NCBI GenBank assembly: GCA_002269645.1
Contig: NIVC01001162.1
Span: 1-64,000 of the forward strand
Source: Macrostomum lignano
Taxonomy: Eukaryota
Length of the DNA stretch: 64,000 nt
Reading direction: 5' to 3'
The notes below the pieces were generated by a model. It did no database searches, was not told the origin of the DNA, and saw nothing but the letters and a program-made list of their open reading frames with translations. Both the position numbers and the translations under genes were made by a program. The first letter of the stretch is position 1; every line of letters begins with the position of its first letter. Below are positions 1 to 10,760 of the stretch, piece after piece.

Positions 1-1349
1 CATTCCCCAGGACACCAATCCACTGTCAGGATGAGAGCCAGAGACACTTAGGCAGGGAGACAACCAGAGGAGCCAGCAGATGGACCAAGGACAGAGCAGG
101 ATGGACCGGGCAGGGAGGGCAGAGCTCATAACTCCGAAGAATTGGAGGCAACTATGGCCAGATAAAAACAGGGTATAAAAGCGCGCTGGGATGCCAGCCC
201 AGAAAAAAAGACTCATCCCGTGGATGGAAGAGAAGGGGGTCCTGGCAGCAACCAGTGTGCATACCGCGCCTATCACGGGGCCCCGGACAATGTTTTCCGA
301 CTAGTTCAAGATGTCAAAGAAGAGAGACACAGAAACTATAAACACTTGGGTCTATTCCTAGATGTTGAGGCAGCCTTCGACTCAGTCAGGCATGACATGC
401 TCAGACACAGGACCACAGAAATACAAATGCACGTACCCTAGTCAGAATTACATCCAGCTACATGCATGACAGAAGGATCATAGTAAAGGTGGGCGAGAGC
501 CTGGGTGAGGTCTTCGTCCCCAGGCAGGGGTCCCCCAGGGCGGGGTCCTCAACCCACTCCTCTTTAACCTCTATGTTAGCACGATGCCCAAACCTCGGGT
601 CCCTGCGTCCAGACTAGTCAATATGCGGATGATATGGCCATTTGGGCCAGGTCTATTAGCCCCAAGTATGCCGCAGGGCATCTCCAAAAATACATAGAAA
701 ACCTTCAACCCTGGCTGGGGAAGTACGGCATCAAAGTTAATGCCAAAAAGAGTCAGGCAGTCAAATTCTACGACAATCGGTGCAAATCCGGACCTCGACA
801 CGACCCCCAGCCCTTAAACTCGATGGGGAAGAGATTCCCTACACAGACTCCGTTACATTCCAGCTTGGGGTCACCTTGGACAGAAACCTCAGCCTTAACC
901 AACACGTCAAAAGATACACAATAAATGCGAGGTCAGAACCTTCCAGATCAGGAGGATTGCCCGACTAACCAAGGTCCCAGCAGAACCTTCAGACTCCTGC
1001 ACAGAGCTTACATTGAGAGTGCATGACCTACGCCCCCCAAGTTCTCCTGTCCATGGGAAGCACCAACTTTACCAAACTCCAGCATATCCAAAACACCAAC
1101 CTCAGACTCTGCTACAATGCCCCCAAATTCACCAGAATCAACTATCTGCACAAAATAGCTAACATACCCATGGTTAAGCCCAGGGTAGAAAAGGTAGCCA
1201 CCAAATGGTACCAAAAAGTTATAGCTAACGCCATCCACGGATTCGAAATCCCCCCTCCAAAGCAAGCCTGGAGAAACCATAAGCTCCCAGATCCCCCATT
1301 AGACACATTAGTCAAACTCACCGAGCTGATGGAGAAGGCTGCAGGATAG
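1..1349 (+). mobile_element. Non-LTR retrotransposon (Jockey/I-like) reverse transcriptase remnant, frameshifted, 5' end outside the window
   Basis: RT motifs split across frames: LFLDVEAAFDS (220-441), GVPQGGVLNPLLF (about 525-565), QYADDMAIW (about 617-643), LGVTLDRNL (780-968) and a C-terminal ORF at 1023-1349. No restriction-like endonuclease motif is visible at the C-terminus. Confidence 0.85.
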
Positions 1350-2125
1350 TAGATCTCGCCGCCAAAACCATGTAAATCTAGTCCATGCAGCTCTCTATTA
1401 TCTAGTCCTTGCTGCTTTTTATTTTTACTCATCTAGTCGATGCTGCTTTTACAGTGCCTTTCTATTGCCAACTGGCTAACGCTCTTCTAACTGCGACAAT
1501 TTACACCCTATTATTCTATAAATGCGCGTCCTCTTGTGTAAGGGAGGAAGGCTCATAATTCCGCCTGGGCACTGCTGGGACTAGGGTCCGGGCTGGCCAA
1601 TTATGGCCACAGGATTGTCTACTCCCCAGTCTAATTAGATCCGCAACCTGAGCGAATCACCCCACCCTGCAGATGCCCTATTTTTTTACTTTGTGATGCC
1701 TTCTTTGTGAGCCTTCCTCCCATACGGTATTTCTGCACATCTTTTTTAGTTTTAGCTTCATGCACCAGTTTTACTCATCTTTTATATATTTGTTTTACTT
1801 TATTAACTTATACTTTCATTGCATCTACTCAATTTAATTTACTTTTTCAATTAATGTAATCTCTATTGACTTATGCTCTCCATTTTAAATGCTCTACATT
1901 TATTGCACCTTAATTTTACTACTGTATTCTTGCACCTGTTTTACTACCCTGCAGTACCAATGCAGTCTAAGTCTAACCTCAGTCTTTTACACCGCCAAAT
2001 TACTATTTTAAATAAACAGGCGCAAGAGCCAATTTTAAAACGGCTGACGCGTGGCCCGGAAGCTGTCTGCTTGACACTCCCGTGGCAAACTTATTAACGA
2101 ATTCCACTCTATTATTAACGAATTT

Positions 2126-2238
2126 GCCGTTTTGACGGTCTCTTACTGCGAAGACTCAATATTTTGCATGGTAAGACACCGCGTGGATCCAATTGAGCGA
2201 TCTACTCAATTTTTGACAAGCCGCGCTTCCGCGGCTGC
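2126..2238 (+). ncRNA. Spliced-leader (SL) RNA gene, copy 1; 45-nt exon 2126-2170 ending in ATG
   Basis: Sequence GCCGTTTTGACGGTCTCTTACTGCGAAGACTCAATATTTTGCATG|GTAAG has a 5' stem-loop (GCCGT/ACGGT), the flatworm-type terminal ATG followed by a GT donor, an Sm site AATTTTTGA (2208-2216) and a 3' hairpin AGCCGCG-CTTC-CGCGGCT. Confidence 0.9.
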
Positions 2239-2640
2239 CTAACAAAGCCTAAATTAATTGATTATTAATAATTATCCGTGTGTACAATAAATACGAGTAA
2301 TGATTATTCATTCGCCCTCGAGTCGCACCAGCAGCATCAAGAGACACATAATACAGCGAGCGCATCGCGGTGTGCAGTACACAGTGCAGGCTCGATCTCT
2401 TGGATCGATTTGCCATAATGAAATGTATTTTTTAGATCAATTGCTCTTCTATGACTATATACGAGTACATGTACAATTGTACAACTTTTTTATGGGATGG
2501 CGCTAATTAAAATTAAAAAGTCGAACTGCACTGCACTTGCGTTGAGCTAGCTATTGGTTGATAATGTCAATCACCACCAACTGTTGCTCGTATATATGAG
2601 ACGAGACGCCCCGTAATTAAGCGTACTACCTATTAGGTAT

Positions 2641-2889
2641 CAGTGGTGGCGCGGGGGGGCAGAGGGTGCTGCTGCCCCCGGGCGACCTCCTACCTACCCT
2701 CCTGGGGGTTGGTGACTTACATGTACCTCCCATCCCTCCGTGGTCTGACCCACAATAATTTCTTTAGTACGAGCTCGTTATATGCGTTTTTGTGAGATTT
2801 TATGCGATGCTCTAAAAATTCGCCGGCGAAGGGGGGTGACCACCCAACAACCACCCCCTCTAATCGGAGTTGGTGCTGCGCCGCCACTA
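2641..2889. mobile_element. Possible hAT-like MITE in the SL-5S spacer
   Basis: Ends CAGTGGTGGCGC and GCGCCGCCACTA form imperfect inverted repeats. No TSD was found. Confidence 0.35.
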
Positions 2890-2949
2890 ATGTTATTATG
2901 TATAGCTGCAGGTTCAGGTTAATTATGAGCTAAGCTCCTATTAGCCAGT

Positions 2950-3068
2950 GGCAACGGCCATACCACGTTGAAAACACCGGTTCTCGTCTGATCACCGAAG
3001 TTAAGCAACGTTGGGTTTGGTTAGTACTTGGATGGGTGACCGCCTGGGAATACCAAATGCTGTTGTCT
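2950..3068 (+). rRNA. 5S rRNA gene
   Basis: 119 nt, GGCAACGGCCATACCACG...GATCACCGAAGTTAAGC...GTACTTGGATGGGTGACCGCCTGGGAATACC...GTTGTCT. Helix I pairs (GGCAAC/GTTGTC) and boxes A and C are present. Confidence 0.97.
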
Positions 3069-3073
3069 TTTTT
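3068..3073 (+). terminator. Pol III oligo-T terminator of the 5S gene
   Basis: T6 run at the 3' end of the 5S sequence. Confidence 0.75.
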
Positions 3074-3575
3074 GCCTCTTTAACTGCCGCGCGCTCATTA
3101 AAACACTAATTCCATGCAGCTGCTGCACGCATTAATACACTACTATATGCTCCCTTCGGCTTCGACTCGGTCTCGATCACGGAGAAATTCGCGATTCCCC
3201 GTGGTGCTTTATAATTTTCTATGCGCACTTTCCACGCGGTGACGCGATGCACTTCAGTAGTTTTTCGATCGTATCTCTCTAACACGGCAACTATAGTTTT
3301 ATTTAATTTATATTAATATATTAATCAATTAGTTAGGCGGCGCATAATTTGTACACACTGTCTAAACATGTCGTCGGCTAAAAGAAACGAAAGGCAGAGC
3401 TGCACATGCACTTTCTGGCGCGTCTTTTCAAGCTGCAGTGCACAAGAATGCTGCACTATAGTCGGCATAACTTACTTGGAGTAGATGAAATTCAACATAA
3501 TCATTTGCCCTAGGGCTCGCGGCTCAAGCGCAGAGCTGTGCACTGTTGGAGAGCGTTTTCCATTCCACTCTCTTT

Positions 3576-3688
3576 GCCGTTTTGACGGTCTCTTACTGCG
3601 AAGACTCAATATTTTGCATGGTAAGACACCGCGTGGATCCAATTGAGCGATCTACTCAATTTTTGACAAGCCGCACTTTCGCGGCTGC
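3576..3688 (+). ncRNA. SL RNA gene, copy 2; exon 3576-3620; native upstream flank retained
   Basis: Exon, GT donor and Sm site are identical to copy 1. The 3' hairpin is AGCCGC-ACTTTC-GCGGCT. Confidence 0.9.
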
Positions 3689-4199
3689 CTAACAAAGCCT
3701 AAATTAATTGATTATTAATAATTATCCGTGTGTACAATAAATAATGATTATTCATTCGCCCTCGAGTCGCACCAGCAGCATCAAGAGACACATAATACAG
3801 CGAGCGCATCGCGGTGTGCAGTACACAGTGCAGGCTCGATCTCTTGGATCGATTTGCCATAATGAAATGTATTTTTTAGATCATTGCTCTTCTATGACTA
3901 TATACGAGTACATGTACAATTGTACAACTTTTTTATGGGATGGCGCTAGTTAAAATTAAAAAGTCGAACTGCACTGCACTTGCGTTGAGCTAGCTATTGG
4001 TTGATAATGTCAATCACCACCAATGGTAGCTGTCAATGGTAGCTGATTTATAGCCGACCGCGTCGCTAATCTTATAATTACGAACAGAGCAGAGTTTCAA
4101 AGTGAGCAGCGTGACTAACAACCCTATGGACAATGCTTGGTGCTGAGGCATGAGAATCCGTTGATAAATGGGCCATAAAGAAGTTTCAGAGTCCCCAGT

Positions 4200-4420
4200 T
4201 TTCAGCAATTAGAGATCGTGAAGGCGGTCTGTATCTGAGGTTGTTTATGGGTGCACTAATCCTGGAGGGCTGTGGTGCGACCTGGGGCCGCCTGGCCGAC
4301 CATCTTGCATCGCTGCTTTGAGCTGCCATTGCGCTAGGCGAAGCTACATGCGAAAGGAGCTGGTAAATGGACCACCTGGTCAGCCCTTGTGCCCCAGAAG
4401 TACTGGTAGTTAGATCTCTG
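4200..4420 (+). mobile_element. Putative LINE (RTE-like) 5'-UTR remnant; related sequence at about 6425-6480
   Basis: GGAGCTGGTAAATGGACCACCTGGTC...GCCCCAGAAG recurs as GGAGCTGGTAAAGGGACCACCTGGTC...GCCCCAGAAG near 6430. The family assignment is an inference. Confidence 0.35.
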
Positions 4421-4714
4421 AGGAGATCGGAGCAGGTGCACTAAGCGGCTTGGTGATGCCAGGCCTTTGGCAAATAATAAAGAGCTTCGCAGTGAGGACC
4501 CCAAACCTCTCGCCTTTGAAGACCCACCCCTATTCTCGTTGGTAGGGCCCTTGACTAGGCTGATCCGCGCCTTACGGCACCCCGTTTAACAACAATTAGA
4601 AACCCCTACCGATAAGTGCACCAAAGCCAGTGGGCATGCAAACTGACAACGAAACAATAACGCAGAAACATTGACTACTAGCAAGCTATGAATAATAACG
4701 AATTGCCGCCAGTG

Positions 4715-5116
4715 TCAGTACACATGCACCATTCCGTATAGGAAAGTCCAGAACGTGATGTAGGTGATGAGCTCGCCCATAACGCCGGAGGAGGCCAGAG
4801 CCCAGGCCGAGGGAAAATACCGCCACCTGGCCCGGCCCGCCTTGGCGAGCAGCAGGCAGGACAGGTAGCCGCTCGCCAGCATGTAGAATGCGAAGCCCAG
4901 CAGACCGGTCAGGCCCAGAATGCCGGCCGTGCAGCCCGACACTGCGGCCAGGGCTGTGCGGCAGTACGTTAGCAGGAAGGCGTTGTGCTGCAGGGCTGCG
5001 CCATTCAGAGCGGAACCGGGACTGCCCTGGTGCGGCCCGGCTGGGGTGCCACCCTGATGACCTGCACGCTTCGCTGCCTCCGCGCTCGGGGGCGAGTACG
5101 TGCCAGATGGGTCCAT
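4715..5116 (-). CDS. EMC6: ER membrane protein complex subunit 6, single coding exon, 133 aa
   Basis: [38 protein letters not shown]...[20 protein letters not shown] is the characteristic EMC6/TMEM93 sequence, including its C-terminus. Confidence 0.95.
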   Translation of the reverse strand: MDPSGTYSPPSAEAAKRAGHQGGTPAGPHQGSPGSALNGAALQHNAFLLTYCRTALAAVSGCTAGILGLTGLLGFAFYMLASGYLSCLLLAKAGRARWRYFPSAWALASSGVMGELITYITFWTFLYGMVHVY

Positions 5117-5149
5117 TGCTGCGGGTCAGTGAGGGCTTGCGTGACCCTG

Positions 5150-5665
5150 CAATCACCTCAACCTGCTCCTAACTCACCCACCTCAACCTGCTCCAAACTC
5201 ACCCCTGCACCACCTCACCCTGCACCCACCTCACCTGCTCCCACCTCACCCCTGCATCCACCTCACCCCTGCCTGCACCCACCTCACCCTGCTCTAAACT
5301 CACCTCACCCCTGCACCCACCTCATCCCTGCATCCACCTCACCCTGCTCCTAACTCACCCCTGCTCTCATTTCACCAATAAACCCACCTCACCCCTGCTC
5401 CCATTTCCCTAATGAACCCATCTCACCCTGCTCCTAACTCACCCCTGCACCCACCTCATCCCTGCATCCACCTCACCCTGCTCCTAACTCACCCCTGCTC
5501 TCACTTCACCAATAAACCCACCTCACCCCTGCTCCCATTTCCCTAATGAACCCATCTCACCCTGCTCCTAACTCACCCCTGCACCCACCTCAACCTGCTC
5601 CAAACTCACCCCTGCTCCCAACTCACCCTGCTCCTAACTCACCCCTGCACCCACCTCACCCTTAG
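5150..5665. repeat. C-rich degenerate minisatellite (CTCACCC units) with a higher-order repeat of about 120 bp
   Basis: Visible tandem CTCACCC(C)TG(C/T) units. Confidence 0.9.
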
Positions 5666-6051
5666 AGCAACCTGCACACAGCTAAAACAGCATATTTATT
5701 AACGTGAAATCGAAGGGAAGAAAGAAATATAAATGAAAGACAAGTTCAGCGTAGCAGTTGAAATAGAAAACTAGTTATTATTGTCTCAGCAAATCTGTAT
5801 AAGTTTCATACAGAGAAATGATCACAGTTTAACCATGTGACAAGATATAATCCAACAATATTCCAATTCTAATCGCTGATAAAAGCATGCTAATATTATA
5901 TGCGAATAAACGCAAGTAATGCAATCAGCACTAAAAGCGTGTGTGCTAGTAAATAATCTAGTAATGTATGTAGAGATATCCGGAATAGAAACATAAACTC
6001 TGGAATCTCGAGTAAGTACTTCATCGCAGCACAATATGGAATGCTGATAAT

Positions 6052-9000
6052 TCAATACTGTCCGTCCTCCTGCCGCTCAGCTCGAGACAGCCGGCTGTGC
6101 AGATCCAGCGGGATCACAAAGCAGGAAATGTCGTCAACTGACGCCTGCTCGCCGTCTGGGAGTCGCCAGCTGCCGCCGCCCCCGCCACCGGGTCGCTCCG
6201 GCTTCTGCCAGGCGCCTCGTGCAGCTCCGACCAGCTCTTGGGCGACAATGGTCAGGCTGGAATAGATGCGCTCTGGCTGTAAACAATTGTAAACAGAAAA
6301 CCTCAACTGGCTACTCGAAGAATGGGGCTAGTAGTAAGAATAGAATAAATAGAATAAGTCGCTTGCACACCCAAACACAATTATTAAGTCTGTGTGAGCG
6401 TGTGCCTGCTCACCTACCCGTGCAGGGAGCTGGTAAAGGGACCACCTGGTCTGGCTTCGCGCCCCAGAAGCTGGTACCCTGCAGTGTGACCCACTGGAAA
6501 CAAACGGGATTCCCTGTGCCGGAGCGGATCGGCTGAAGAGAGAGGGGCCGTCTAGGAGATTATACTCACAACTTACTCTTGGCATCCAATGAGTTATTAC
6601 TCTAGGGGAGTAGCGAACAATTAATTGGTCTAATTCTAGGCTTTTGGTGACAGCCTATCAACCAGAGCTCTTGTAGTGACTGGCTGCTAACTGGCTTTTC
6701 AGCAGCATTCACTAGCTTTCCTTAAGAGCTCTGTGTTCCGCTGCACAGCAGCTCAGTCCACCTGACCTAGAGAGAGAGTTACCCTGTGCTGGGCCTGAGT
6801 GTTTACTTCCCGATGACTCATCGCCCGAGCAGGCGTGGGCAGCCACACACAATGTCTTCCCACCCGCGCTGAGGAGGCATAGCAGGATGACTTATCACCT
6901 GCCCTGAGTGTAATGGCTGTCTAGAGGGAGTAAACAGGATGACTCATCCGCCCAAATCTATTTTTAGCACAGAAAAGCACGTGACTGCACGCTAGTTGTG
7001 CGTGGCAGCTGACCTTGAGTCACGCCACGGCGGCGTGACAGGGTTACCTTATTTGGAAGTTGGCCTTGAGTCACGCATCTCTTGCATGACTCGAGGCTCA
7101 AATAAGGAAGTTTCACGCGCTCAACCCCTTGAGACTCACGACTTTTGGGGGTCCGATCGGCTATAAATACAGAGCATCTGGGAGCCGTTTTTCCCCAGAC
7201 CTTGCATCCTTGCCGCCGCGCTTGGGCCTCGTCCGGAGCTGCTTCTCTGCCTCCGAGCACTCATCTCTCATTTCAGGATTTCAGGTTTTTCAGGTTCTAG
7301 CAGCTATTTTAGAAACGATCAAACTGTCGAGACATTTTCAGATTTGCCTTGCTCCAAGCGACTTCGTTATTTTATTTCAGGTTACGGACGCGTCGAGTCC
7401 GCAAACCAAGGTGGCAGCAACCCTACCAAGTCTAAGGCTAACGTTTTAGGTTTTCACAGGCAAATCGATAGGTAGTACAACGGTACTATCTAGCTACTTC
7501 CGGAGCATCGAGTTCAAATTTAGGTACATCATCAAGAACTCGGGAAGCAGCGCAACACTCTGAACATATCTCATAAGCCTAGGATCCTCGAATTCCAGGT
7601 GGGTCTTACTGGCAGGATACCAGCTTCTGAGGCATGATGCCTTCCAGGTGGTCCCGATTAACACCAGCTTATGAGGCATGATGCCTTCCAGGTGGTCTAT
7701 TTATTGGCTCCCTTCGCTGGTAGCCTCACCTAGCGCAGAGGCAGCTCAAGTATCACCTTTACGATGTCACCTGCTGGACTGCAAGGACACGCATACACCC
7801 CCAAGACGGTCAGTGCAGCAACGATCTCAAATCCCAGGAAATTCGTTTGACACTATGTTGCTTCCACAAAAAATGTTATTTTAAACCTTATTTTAAAAGA
7901 CTGACCAGGGCCCCAGACCGCACAGCGGCCGCCTCACCTATTAGCCGCAGTTGCGGCTTCTCGGGCTTGATTCAGGCAGCTCTGCACCGTCTTGGCGACC
8001 GCCTCGCAACTGATCACGTCCCATAGACCATCTGTTGCCATGACAAGCACATCTTCGCAGCCGTCTTGCTCAGCAGTCTGTACAACTGTCACCTGAGGCA
8101 CGCAGCTCAGAAAAGGTTTCAACTGAATTGGCGAGTCGAACACGCGCAGGTCGTGATCGCCGAAGCCGCGGGCGACGCCTATTGTGGCCAGCAGGCGGGA
8201 CTGCAGCGTGGTGGCGGGTGGCAACTGTTAGAGCCAGGCTTTTGCGCTTGCAGATTAGTTGGGGCGATTGTAGGATTTCCGAATTCGGGTGCTCGCACAG
8301 AGGCAAGTTAATAGGGCAGTTATTACGCGTTTTGCGCGAGACAACTCAATGGCGAAAATTTCATTATTTAAAGCGATATTCAAACAATCTTTTTGAAGCG
8401 AGCACAATCAATCATTCTTCAACTTTCTATTTACTCGCCTTTTTCTCGTCCCCAACAATGAGCGGAAACAGCAGATCCTCTTCAGTCACAGTTTTGTAAT
8501 GCCTGCCAATGATGATTATGTTCGAGCAGTTTGTGAATGGCGATTCTCAAGGGTGAATAACGATTCTTGAGGGTGAATGGCGATTCTTGAGGGTGAATGG
8601 CGGTTCTTGAGGGTGAATGGCGATTCTCGAGGGTGCATAGCGATTTTTGAGGGTGAATGGCGATTTTCGAGGGTGAATGGCGGTTCTTGAGGGTGAATGC
8701 CGATTCTCGAGGGTGCATGGCGATTCTCGAGGGTGCATGGCGATTCTCGAGGGTGCATGGCGGTTCTTGAGGGTGAATGGCGATTCTCGAGGGTGCATAG
8801 CGATTTTCGAGGGTGAATGGCGGTTCTTGAGGGTGAATGCCGATTCTCGAGGGTGCATGGCGATTCTCGAGGGTGAATGGCGGTTCTTGAGGGTGAATGG
8901 CGATTCTCGAGGGTGCATAGCGATTTTCGAGGGTGAATGGCGGTTCTTGAGGGTGAATGCCGATTCTCGAGGGTGCATGGCGATTCTCGAGGGTGAATGG

Positions 9001-9431
9001 CGGTTCTTGAGGGTGAATGGCGATTCTCGAGGGTGCATAGCGATTTTTGAGGGTGAATGGCGATTTTCGAGGGTGAATGGCGGTTCTTGAGGGTGAATGG
9101 CGATTCTCGAGGGTGCATGGCGATTCTTGAGGGTGAATGGAGATTCTCGGGTGTGAAGGCCGATTTATGAGGGTAAGCAGAGAAAACAAGTGTCTGACAC
9201 GACCCAAGCGCTGCTCCAGCTCACCATCCCTGCATGCAACCGTGTCTGCACAGAACCCGTTCACCCAAGTCCCGCCTGCCCAGTCGGCGAGCGAACTGCA
9301 GAGCGCAGAACTCCTTGTGCAACAGCTCCGGGTGGTGGCTGGCGATCAGCTGCAGCCGTTCCCGGTCGTTGTAGGGCGTCAGGTCCACCGACAGCGGCTG
9401 CGCCGACCCGGTGCGCTGGCACAGGACCGCT
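6052..9431 (-). CDS. PPM1H: PPM1H/PPM1J-like PP2C phosphatase, 3' half only; exons 9431-9225, 8502-8439, 8200-7938 and about 6276-6052
   Basis: RAVLC...DLTPYNDRERLQ...EFCALQFARR...GW|HYKTVTEEDLLFPLIVGDEKK|SRLLATIGVARGFGDHDL...VLVMATDGLWDV...DDISCFVIPL. The first three exons join in phase. The last junction does not reconcile (phase 2 donor, phase 0 acceptor), so a microexon or an indel is possible. Confidence 0.88.
6814..7169 (+). promoter_or_regulatory. AP-1 motif cluster plus TATA box (LTR-like promoter) inside the PPM1H intron
   Basis: Exact TGA(C/G)TCA at 6814, 6940, 7016 and 7067; TATAAATA at 7162. Confidence 0.4.
8520..9140. repeat. 20-bp minisatellite (GAGGGTGAATGGCGATTCTC), about 31 copies, intronic
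   Basis: Period of 20 read directly from the sequence. Confidence 0.97.
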
Positions 9432-9793
9432 CTGGGACAAGTGCGAATTCGGGTGGCTATGAGCTGCTGCGGCTCAGTACAGGCTGGGGAAGAATGGGAA
9501 CCCGCTGGGACGCAACTCAGATTTTCGCCCGACGGTCGACCGACACGAAACAACACGATTTATCTACGATTTTCATCTTCGTCCGACTCCCAACGATAAA
9601 AAAACGGAGGAAAAACAATTCGAAAAAATAACCCGACATTAGCCCTATTTTGTCGATTCGATCCCTCAAAATCGAACCGAATTCGTCGCTGACTCGCCGA
9701 TTTTCGTCGCAAACCGTAACGACAACTCAGACTTTCGCTCGAAATAACTCCGACATTCATCCGTCACTTTACTTGTAGATAAAAAACGAACCG

Positions 9794-10760
9794 TTTTCAA
9801 CGATTCTCATCGACAGCGATCGGTTCGACTTTAAGCCTATTTTTTCCCGATTTGGTAGGGTCGATTTTCAACGATTCTCATCGACAGCGATCTGTTCAAC
9901 TTTAAGCCTATTTTTTCCCGATTTGGTAGGGTCGATTTTCAACGATTCTCATCGACAGCAATCGGTTCGACTTTAAGCCTATATTTTCCCGATTTGGTAG
10001 GGTCGATTTTCAACGATTCTCATCGACAGCGATCTGTTCAACTTTAAGCCTATTTTTTCCCGATTTGGTAGGGTCGATTTTCAACGATTCTCATCGACAG
10101 CGATCTGTTCAACTTTAAGCCTATTTTTTCCCGATTTGGTAGGGTCGATTTTCAACGATTCTCATCGACAGCGATCTGTTCAACTTTAAGCCTATTTTTT
10201 CCCGATTTGGTAGGGTCGATTTTCAACGATTCTCATCGACAGCGATCGGTTCGACTTTAAGCCTATTTTTTCCCGATTTGGTAGGGTCGATTTTCAACGA
10301 TTCTCATCGACAGCGATCTGTTCAACTTTAAGCCTATTTTTTCCCGATTTGGTAGGGTCGATTTTCAACGATTCTCATCGACAGCAATCGGTTCGACTTT
10401 AAGCCTATATTTTCCCGATTTGGTAGGGTCAATTTTCAACGATTCTCATCGACAGCGATCTGTTCAACTTTAAGCCTATTTTTTCCCGATTTGGTAGGGT
10501 CGATTTTCAACGATTCTCATCGACAGCGATCTGTTCAACTTTAAGCCTATTTTTTCCCGATTTGGTAGGGTCGATTTTCAACGATTCTCATCGACAGCGA
10601 TCGGTTCGACTTTAAGCCTATTTTTTCCCGATTTGGTAGGGTCAATTTTCAACGATTCTCATCGACAGCGATCTGTTCAACTTTAAGCCTATTTTTTCCC
10701 GATTTGGTAGGGTCAATTTTCAACGATTCTCATCGACAGCGATCGGTTCGACTTTAAGCC
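9794..10760. repeat. 71-bp tandem repeat, about 13.5 copies
   Basis: TTTTCAACGATTCTCATCGACAGC... recurs at 9794, 9865, 9936 and onward. Confidence 0.97.

Larger units (their letters stand above)
2101..4023 (+). repeat. About 1.3 units of an SL RNA-5S rDNA repeat: direct repeat 2101-2580 / 3562-4023, period about 1443-1450 bp
   Basis: Near-identical blocks of about 460-480 bp, differing by a 7-bp indel and a few substitutions, flank the 5S gene. Confidence 0.93.

Noticed and set aside
1550-1680. HDV-like ribozyme in the LINE 3' region (GCGAA motif)
   Set aside because: No matching P1 or P2 partners were found.
3145-3200. U6- or U1-like snRNA in the 5S spacer (TGCTCCCTTCGGC; ATAATTTGT near 3343)
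   Set aside because: Only short matches; no ACAGAGA box and no U1 5' end or structure.
7610-7700. Duplicated CCAGCTT(C/A)TGAGGCATGATGCCTTCCAGGTGGTC as a hammerhead ribozyme
   Set aside because: There is a hairpin and a CTGAGG-like start, but no GAAA core or stem III. Treated as a local duplication.
9794-10760. Regular repeats as a CRISPR array (also 36735-37775 and other arrays)
   Set aside because: The units are head-to-tail with no unique spacers, there are no cas genes, and the context is eukaryotic and intronic.
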